This document shows positions 54,469 through 64,000 of a stretch of 64,000 bases of DNA, one piece after another. Source of the DNA: Bugula neritina (Eukaryota > Animalia > Bryozoa). The notes under the pieces are model-generated. The model was given only the letters and a program-made list of their open reading frames with translations. It ran no database searches and was not told the origin of the DNA. Within the stretch, counting starts at the first letter, position 1. Every line of letters starts with the position of its first letter. The position numbers and the translations under genes were made by a program. The DNA is taken from positions 12,781,675-12,845,674 of the forward strand of contig OZ037768.1 of assembly GCA_964035545.1 (NCBI GenBank), written 5' to 3'.

Positions 54469-56187
54469 CACTGGGTAAACTCATCACTACAAACTATTAG
54501 TATTATAGTGACATCAATAGTGATTATTTTAAAAACCGGCGTTAAACTGAATGAAAAAAAAGAAGAAATAATCAATAGTATTAGTAACACTACATGTAAG
54601 TATAATTCTATAGCTAATGGGCTCTAGTGCTGTAGTAGTATTACAATATGTAATTGAATATGAATATCATATTCATTGTACGTTTACACTTGTCCGATCA
54701 ATAATCATAATGAGTTTATTGACAGTACACAAGAAAAGAATCAAACTTATAAAAAAATTCCTCTTCCGAAGAGTTGACAATACTTAAAACAATGGGCAAT
54801 ACTAATACTGGCACCTTATCAACCTTATTTATTTTAATTTCTGTAGTTAAGCCTGATCTTTTCGACGACAGTTTTTTCTGTGTTATTAGACTTAACGCAC
54901 ATGAAAATGTTTCTCCCCTGTTAAAAGATGTACCTTTAATGATTTTTAGACTCTTAGGTTATTTTTGGTTTATTTTTCTTTTAAATTCGACCTAGCTTTG
55001 CCTATGTATCTCTTAAAGCAGCAAACCGTCCTCAGTTTTCCTATACTATTATCATATACTTAGCAATCACTGTCTTTAAGTAACTCTCAGCAATTATATT
55101 TTTGTCATGTACTAAGCAATTATAGTTTTATAGTCAATTATATATATTTTATTTAACCTTTAATTTATTTAAGTGCCTAACAAAAATATTTATATTATGT
55201 AATGTATAGTAAGTTGTACTAGGGTTTAGTATTTAGCAAATTATTTATTAAAGAGTCGTGTATGTAAAGTTGTGAGAAGCATTGTCTTAATTTCATTAAG
55301 CAAAATATCTCTTGATTTAGATATTAACAAAATTTATTGCAACCTCTATATCTTCAGATGGCTTGGTTACTATTGTACTAGTATAAGTATATTGCTATGT
55401 AATAGTGATACGAGAGGGGCCCACAACGAACATTTTTTATTTTAGCTGAAGTTAATAAGTTGTTGTACCCTGTGAAAATGTTAAAGAATACATAGAAAAT
55501 ATTTTTTCTAGAAAATTATTTACGAGTCAGAAGGCAAAATTTTACAATTAAATGTTAAAATTAACATAAATAGTACCCAAGTCAAATGGTATCGAATAGT
55601 TCAGAAGTCGGTGAATTCTGATGAGATCACATATTGAACCGATGTGACCTTGAAGTAAACAATACACGATATATAAACAAAGTGATACTGAATAAGTAAT
55701 GTATACAGTTAACTTACAGAATTATTGCCCTCTTGTAAGCTACGTTTACTAGTGAGTTTTAGATGAAGATATAATAAGTTACAATGATCTCCACCTGAAG
55801 ATCAGCAAAATATTGTAAGAAGTATGGACAAAAACACAAACATAAAATACTTGATTGACATCAAATTTTGACAAAGAAGTAACATAGATAACAAACATCA
55901 TTCAAGAATTATTTCAAACAAGTCTGATATCAAAACACGTGTAGTCTAAAATGAACTCTGCATAGTGATTCTTGGGTGATATGTGCTGCAAATTACACTT
56001 TGAAGATAATAATATTGTAAGTAAAATTGTAGAAAAGATGCAGCATAAACAGTAATATATAGCCTATGCATTTTAGTCATTGACAAAGATTCTGGTGGGT
56101 TTTCACAAATGCTACTGCTGCTCTTCACAAATGAGAATTTTAATTTAAATGAATGAAATACATTCCTATTTTATTGGCTAGGTCTGA

Positions 56188-59100
56188 ATGGCTGAGGTTG
56201 CCGTAGAAAAAGTGGTGTGTGGATTCTGTTTACTTGAAGAAGGCTTAGAAAATCCCAAGTGTCTACCATGTGGTCATATACACTGTTTACTATGCCTTAC
56301 TCATAATGTTGATGTGAATGACATGATCAGGTGTCCCTGGTGTAGGTGAGATAATTTTTGTTATTGTTTTGGAATATAGATGATAATGTATAATTGTATG
56401 ACAGCTAGAAACACATTTACATTAGATTCTATCATATATATTTTAGCTAATAACAAAACATTGCATAGTCATTATAAAACAAATAGAATTCCTGCTTAAT
56501 GAGTTTAAGCACCATTTATATTTCTAACAATTATAAAAAGGTATCTAGTGCCACTCTTTTGTAATGTATTCAGAATGATCATTTCAGAAGTTTTATTCAG
56601 CCTATGTGTTGTTCTTCAGGGAAGTATTTGACGTTAGTGTAGAAAGCCTGCCTTCTGCTGATGTAGAGGACAACTCCGTATCATGTGCCGTCTGCACAAA
56701 GAAAGGGATAGAGAAAGTACCAGCAGTGACCTACTGCACTGTTTGCAGTAAACTCTTTTGTAGAAAACATGATGAGGTAATTTCTTCCCATAACTCTTTG
56801 TTAAATCAGTTGATGACTGTTTTTTTTGTGGTTTCTCAGCTTTTCCATGTGACTGTCACAATTGCTATAAATTCACTTTAATGTGAAATGCTTTTATGGG
56901 CAAATAGAAGAGAATCCCGAGCCACATTTTTTGCTTGAGTTTCATGATATTGCTTAAGTAATCTTACAGGTTTATTGAACGAAAACTGCTGATGTTTAAA
57001 ATGATATCAGAGAAAACAAATTCATGTTTTTAGTTTACTTCATAAACTTTTATTACCCCATATACTTGTAATTGAAAAATAACTGCAAGTTTTTAAATGC
57101 AAAGTAGCACTAACATTTAATGGACCCTCTTTTTTACAATATACCAAGACTGATTAGTGAGTTTATTAAGATAAAATTAGGCAATAGACTGTTTTTTAGT
57201 TATTAACTGATTATAATTTATTCATGCTTATCACAGTCAGTATGTAGTAATGCATATTATGAGTTTATTCTACTTTATTAAACTAGTAAACTGCATTAGT
57301 TTGTGCCTGGATATGACAGGATATTCTGAGTGCCAACCTTCAGAATAAGACAATATTTTCACCCTCTGTTCCATTGCGCATAGTTGAGTTATATTTTTCA
57401 GTAAATATGTACTCTGTTATATTCAGTCACATGATGACACCAGTGATGACCACCAGAAGATGACAATATCTGACTACAGAATACAAGCCAAGAGACTGCA
57501 GAAAAGAATTTGTCCTAAACACACAGCATACCCTTACATAATTGGATGTGAAGTCTGTGTTCAGCTGTTCTGTGTGCAGTGTGTATCTCAGACTAACTTG
57601 TGTATTGGAGGTAACTACTGTTATCATATCTTTTCAAACCATTACTCTAAAGCTCATTATTTGTGTTGAAGTTAGTTAGGTTTAGCAGACTATAGTGTCT
57701 GTCAATGCTCCCTGCTAGCCCTTAATTTTAGAAGCTCAACTTATGTTATGGTTTACATATAAAAGCAAAACTATTGAATACAAGTTATAGGTTCTTTAGT
57801 TCTATACTTTTGGCCCCAAACAAACTATCACAATACTCAGAAATATGTATTAATCAAGTCAGGTCTTTATAGCTGAGTCTTTTCATTTACATTATCATTG
57901 TGCGGTGTTGTGATTACCAGCTCTTCCCATCACCCAGAGTCTTTTTATTCACATGTGTGTGCGTGCGTGCGTGTGTGAGTAGTGTTTGTGTCTTTTAATT
58001 TTATCTGATATGCATTTGGTAAGTATAGTGTAAATGTAGAGAGCAATATTTTAGAGTGTGTAAAACTCGCTCTCCTGTAACAGGACAACTTGTGCGTGCT
58101 AAGCAAATTAGAATTGTGTCATGTTTATGCACTAGAAGTCATCTGCTCTCATAAACTTGAGATATTGACAATGTTAGTTAGAATTAGTAAGTATCAGGTT
58201 CTCACATACACAAATTGATCAGTTGAAGAAGGCTTTTACTCATCTTGTTACCTTTATCTAATAAAGAGGTGATTCCACAACCTAAACGCATGGTAAAAAT
58301 AGTGCTAGATGGCATAGGAGTTTGTTAGTTCAATAAAGTGCATATAATTTCCAGCAAAAATGCAATTGGATTGAATGATAAGTAATAATGTTTTCATTGT
58401 TATTCAAGCTAATCTTGGTATACATATGATTACATCACTGTGATGTAGATTCAGAACATAAGATGGTTAGTCTAGATGAACTTATCAGACAGTTGACAAA
58501 CATAGAAGAACTGATAACTACTGAAGGTAGGACATCTGATCTCTTCAAACAGATATCTAAGGCTATATCTGACTTTGATTCTGAGACTGAAGACTTGCTG
58601 AGTATTCTTCATACACAGCGCGATGAACAGGTGAGATTCTGAAGAACACAGGCTACTCTGATATGTTTTCATAGTTCTGCAACACATTATTCACTAGTAA
58701 AAGTCTAAGAAACTGCAACTAATTCTTTTCACAGTGATTATTATATTATACAACCAGACAAAGTGTCAAAGGTGACAAGTAATAATCTAGTTAAGAGATC
58801 TAAATTTATTTTATTTTTGTGTCTACCTTCAGATTACCAACTTTTGATATCAGAAGTTAAAATTGAAAATAATTTAGGGTAAGATGAAGTTTATTTTAAT
58901 ATACAATATAATATACAATATATAATTGATTATTAGATCATAATTGATAAAGTTAGGATTGTTGATTTTGTACTACGATTGTTTTTATAGACTTGAGGCT
59001 GTTTTTATATCTTTACATTGTAATTTGAAATGTATTCATAAACTCTTGCCTCATTTTTATATAAGGTAGAAGAAGAATGATTTCAACTGACTTGTGTTAG

Positions 59101-62100
59101 GCGTTTGATTTTTGCAGAAGTCCTAATTTTGAATTGCCCGATTAGATTTTAAACGTTACAAGCAAGTGTATGTAGAACTAAAGCTAATAGTTTTACTCTG
59201 TTTTTTGCTCCACTAAATGTGTTAAAACCCTCCAATAGAGGCTTTTCACAAGTCCCTCTGGGGACATTTGTAGTTTGAAGTTGTCTCCTCCCTAAAAATT
59301 CTAACACAGCTAATCTGCTGTCTCATTCACTTGCAGTGCTCTAACACCGGCTTTCCATGGACCGATCTCAGCGAGATCGATCCATGGAAAGACGTCAAAG
59401 ATCGATCTCAGTCGATCTGAGCTGGTCGGTCTGTGGAGCTCGAACTCAGATCGATCTCATGTCAATAAGACCATGGAAAGACGCCAGATCGATCTGAGAA
59501 GTAGAAAAAGACTGCGCGCTACAATGCTGTCTGCTAATAAAAATGATAACTTATTGATAATTACTAAGCAAAGTATTAAATAATTATGATAGCCACCTTT
59601 TTAGATGCCAAAACTTTGACTTTCAGTACAATGATTAAGAAAACTCAATTATATGCAGTAGAAGGTTGAAAAAAATGGGAGAATTTAAATTGAATTTTAA
59701 TGACTATTAAAACTTAGTTTCATTAGCTATTTTCTTTGTAATTTTAAGCCTAACAGTCCTGTAAGTTTATTAATAATCTGCAAGACAGCCATTAATTTTA
59801 TATAAGCTGTCAAGCTAAAAAATTAAAATCAATTATTTTAAATTGGCCAAATTATCATACACTGAAAGCTTTGCTGCGTATAGTTTATAGCTGGGATTAA
59901 ATTTTAGACTACGACCATCTTGTTTTCAACAGTAGTAGCTTTAATCACTCAAATAGGTGAACAAATTATACTTTTAAAGTATCCTTCACTTAAGAGGAGG
60001 CAACTTCGCGAGATCGATCTGACACTCTCATGGAAAAACGATCGATCTGAGCACATTTCTCAGATCGATCTCAGCGAGATCGATCTGAGATCGGTACATG
60101 GAAAGCCCGTGTAAGACTGTGTTAACAGCAGATTTTGACCAAAGAGTTGAAAGGTCAACAGCTATAAATTAAATATGACAGCTAGCATAACAAATGATTG
60201 ATGGGACTTATATCATAGTTGTCAATTCAGCTTGCTCATGCAGTAACCAAAACCACAAACATGCTTTGAAGTATTTTTTTCAAGATTTTTGAAGAAATAA
60301 AATTTTTCTGGAACTGCTAATCTGTGTGCTTATGTCAAAATATTAATCTCAAAACAAATAAAACTCGTACTAGCAATAGTCTTCATACAAACCTTAAATT
60401 TCTACTGATTTTATGTGCTTGTTCTATATATATCATGAAGACTACATTGCGCCCGTCTGGGAGGAGACAACTTCAAAATACAAATGTCCCCAGAGAGACT
60501 TGTGAAAAGCCTTTATTTATTGAACCAATATTGTCCTATTTTGTCTTGCAGTGTCTGGACATGTTCACTATAGGTTTTACAGAAAAATTGTGTTTTAGTT
60601 GACTGAAGTGAGACTAAAGTATGAGAGACTAGAGAAGGAATTCTTAGCTAGCAGAAGGAAGACTAAAGAGGAATTGAACAGATACATGGAGAGAGAAGTT
60701 GGAACTGTTTTCTCTGAATTGAGTAACAATGGAATGAAGATAGAAGCTCAACTTAGACAGAACAACCAGGCATGTAGACTTCAGTTATCATAGCAATAGC
60801 TATTAATTGAATCAATAAATATAAATAATAATGAAAACTAAAAATTATTTTTGACAATCTGTACTTAAACACATTTAGTCTTTGTAAATTTATTATTTTA
60901 TTTTTATGCCACATCAGTTGGTAGACCACACATGTTGACATTCACCGGCTTTCCATGTACCGATCTCAGATCGATCTCGCTGAGATCGATCTGAGCATAC
61001 CTCTCAGATCGATCGTTTTTCCATGAGAAGTGTCAGATCGATCTCACGGAGTTGCCTCCTCTTAAGTGAAGAGTACTTTAATAGTATAATTTGTTCACAA
61101 ATCTGGATGATTAAAGCTGCTGAGGTTAAAAAACAAGATTGTTGATGTCTAAAAATTAATGGTGCTTGTAAACAATACGCAACAAAGCTTTTAGTGTAAC
61201 GTAATATAGCCAATTTAAGATAATCACTTTTAATTTTTTAGCTCAACAGCTTAAATAAAATTAATAGCTATCTTGCAGATTATTCATAAACTTACAGGAT
61301 TGTTAAGCTTGAAATTACGCAGCAAATAACTAATGAAAGTAAGTTTTACTAGTCATTTAAATTCAATTTAAATGCTCCAATTTTTTGTAATTTCTATGGA
61401 CTATAATTTTATATAATTGAGTTTTTTTAATCATAGTACTGAAAGTCAAAGTTTTGGCATCCGAAAATGTGGCTATCGTAATTATTAAGTAATTTGCTTA
61501 GTAATTATCAATAAGTTGTCATTTTTATCAGCAGACAACATTTTAGCGAACAGTCTTTTTCTACTTCTCAGATCGATCTGGAGTCTTTCCATGGATCGAT
61601 CTCACTGAGATCGATCTGAGTTCGAGCTCTACAGACCGACCAGCTCAGAACGACTGAGATCGATCTTTGACATCTTTCCATGGATCGATCTCGCTGAGAT
61701 CGGTACATGGAAAGCCGGTGATTGTGCTCCAGATGGTGAATCTGGCATATTGACCTACTAAGTGCATTTTTTTAATGATTTGTAGGCGGATCTGGTTGAA
61801 GGATTCGCAGAGATTAAGGACAGAATACAGGAACTGATTTCTGTTGAGGTTCCTAGACTAGAGCTATGTGATGTCATGTCTTTAAAGGTCAAAGGTTAGT
61901 ATACTAAACTAGAGCTGTGTCATGTCTCTAAAGGTCAAAGGTTAGTATACTAAACTAGAGCTGTGTCATGTCTCTAAAGGTCAAAGGTTAGTATACTAAA
62001 CTAGAGCCGTGTGATTCATGAAATGTTGGTTATGTTGCTTTTTTCAAAGTATCCATTACGCTTGGGATAAGCACTTTGAGACTATAATTATTCTTATGTT

Positions 62101-63325
62101 GATGTTAGAGCAACATGCACTTGTTTATGGAGTAATAATATGAAATGTTATACTGACAGTATAACTAAGGTAGTGTATATTGGCATCATTTTACCCTCAC
62201 AGACACAGTGTTGGAGATTTTCAATGTCTCCCTTACAGGCTCTGTTTAAACTTTTGTGATATCAGATTGCAATTTGTAGAAGAGAAGAGAGAAATAGAAG
62301 TAGACTTGGTTCCTGCAGCAGACATGATTATTAGTTTAGATCAAGGAGTGACAACTTTTAATCTTCCGGAATCTCTCAAACTCTTACAGTCTGTTGATGT
62401 GTCTAATAGCTGTTATTCTGCCTTTAAATATGAGGGTCACACCTATGTAGGGCTGGATAAAGGTGGAGGAATACACAAAATTGACGAGAGTTTCGGTATT
62501 CCGAAGTCTTTTATTTCTATCACTAACAATGTAAATGGAGTCACAGTGCATAAGAATAAGCTGTATGCTGCACAGTATATCAGCAGCACTAACTGGGTGG
62601 TACATGTGTATGATCTTACTGGGAAACAGGTGACCAGCTGGTCTCACCATGATAGTAGTGATCGTTTGAATAAGCTTGCTATTGTTGATGATCAGGTTAT
62701 TGTCCCTGATAGACACAGTAAAAGACTTACAATCTACTCTCTTACTGGGGAAGTAATTAAACATGTCTCCTGCCCTCTACTCAGTAGTGACGTTGTAGCA
62801 ATATGCGCCTTATATATTTAGTTCTTTAGGAGTGCGGACCGTTACGAAAAAGCTGTAACGGTCCGCAACCAAAAGTAGCTGAATATAATTAGGAAAAAAC
62901 ATGGGAAATGAAGCAAAATTAAAAAGAGCTTTGATTATTTAGGTGTATTTATTGGTATTTTACTAGTTTTGGCCAAAAAACCCATGTCCATTAGCAGTTG
63001 AATTGCGAGAAATATCTAAAAACTGAAAATATCCAGTGCGTACTAGTTTAAGTAAAATGACCCATAATTGAATATAATGTTGTTAGATCGTGACTAAAAT
63101 ATATTCAAACAATATGTAGCCTCAAGTATGTTTTCCTTCAATTTCTGGATATATATTATATTTAGGCTACAGTGAACTTGTTATAATGTAGGTAGACAGA
63201 TGTCTATGCTAGAAGACGCAACTGTTAGGAGTGATTGTAGTTTACTTGATCTCCATGTGTATAAAGACATGTTGATTGTACCCAGATCTGATGAGAAGAA
63301 AGTTCTATTCTACCAACTCAACTAA
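56188..63325 (+). CDS. TRIM-like RING-B-box-B-box-coiled-coil plus NHL-like beta-propeller gene, possibly disrupted at the 3' end. Exons 56188-56345, 56620-56776, 57427-57610, 58449-58630, 60599-60769, 61786-61894, ~62280-62810, 63192-63325
   Basis: C3HC4 RING (CGFC..LPCGHIHC..C..CPWC), two B-boxes, helical exons and propeller repeats (YDLTGK, YSLTGE). Junction phases are compatible up to ~62280; the propeller exon runs into a stop at 62821. Confidence 0.75.
59234..60517. mobile_element. MITE with ~55-bp TIRs (AATAGAGGCTTTTCACAAG...) hosting a nested MITE
   Basis: 59234-59292 is inverted at 60459-60517. TSD not resolved. Confidence 0.72.
59345..60111. mobile_element. Harbinger-like MITE copy A (GATCGATC-rich subterminal repeats)
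   Basis: TIR CACCGGCTTTCCATG; TSD TAA. Confidence 0.88.
60943..61720. mobile_element. Harbinger-like MITE copy B, inverted relative to copy A
   Basis: Same TIR, TSD ATT; internal sequence is a diverged reverse complement of copy A. Confidence 0.88.
61858..62010 (+). repeat. ~46-bp tandem triplication of an exon-end/donor junction
   Basis: ctagagctgtgtcatgtctctaaaggtcaaagGTTAGTatactaaa x3. Confidence 0.88.
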
Positions 63326-64000
63326 ACAGGTATTATGTATATAGTAGGAGTTATGTCCCTCCTATGACATTTTGGAATCAAATGTAGTCCATGCTTCAGA
63401 CTTGTTAGTTATATTATATCAAGTAGTGACAACCTCAGAACTTTCCCACTCTCAAAAATCAAACACACTTGGAAAGCAAGACTATGTGGAAATGTTGGAA
63501 AAACTGTTAAGTGATAGCATAGGATAACACTGTTTTGACTCATTGAATTCGCAATTCATTTACTGTGACATCACACAGAAGAACTAGTTCAGTTTTTCTC
63601 TGCTTCCATTTTTGTCCAATTCAACTTAACCTTTTTGTCAGGTATGTTTATCCTGCCAAACTCATTTCTTATCTTTCGGTTTATTCCCCAAGCCTTGGTT
63701 TATATTACTAGTTGTGATATATCATAAGCAACTAGTAATACTATTTAGAATAATTATTATTTATTTCTTTAAAGTTGTCTCCTCACTTCTTTTTTTTTTC
63801 ATCACAGGAAAAGAAGTAGTTACCGCAGCAGAGGCATCTAGTTATTTACAAAGTGACATGTGAATAAAGACAGTTGATTGGTCAGTTCTCCTGACCTAGT
63901 AACACTGGTTGGTTATGTACATTACCATCTCATTCAAACATTCATTATTGTAGGGTTTTTGATATTATCTATCATACAGGACTGGTGACTCCGTAGTAGC

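Overview
AT-rich, intron-containing animal genomic DNA, probably a marine invertebrate (taxon not determinable from sequence alone). Host content: the 3' part of a membrane mucin gene (PTS repeat-EGF-SEA-TM, 1-6233), a degraded usherin/laminin-like remnant (~8.9-14.4 kb), an unknown Ser/Arg-rich gene (~44.8-46.5 kb) and a TRIM-type RING-B-box-coiled-coil-propeller gene (56.2-63.3 kb). The centrepiece is a 25.5-kb Polinton/Maverick endogenous virus-like element (14676-40130; AGTAGT ends, ~550-bp TIRs, 6-bp TSD AACATA). It carries a spliced pPolB, a truncated ATPase, a partial major capsid protein, an adenain protease and an intact five-exon unknown gene, but no recognisable integrase. The same tRNA-Leu-primed Gypsy lineage appears to have hit it at least three times at ATAY sites: one young intact copy (28173-35346) and one chimeric copy (15223-23101) whose formation deleted part of the Polinton. 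The chimeric copy has a ~500-nt run of hairpins, biased to the sense strand, downstream of pol. Also present: a Penelope-like element with a hammerhead ribozyme, a LINE, a tRNA-derived SINE head, hAT and Harbinger-like MITEs, and splice-site-derived minisatellites. All calls were made by eye; no searches or folding programs were run.
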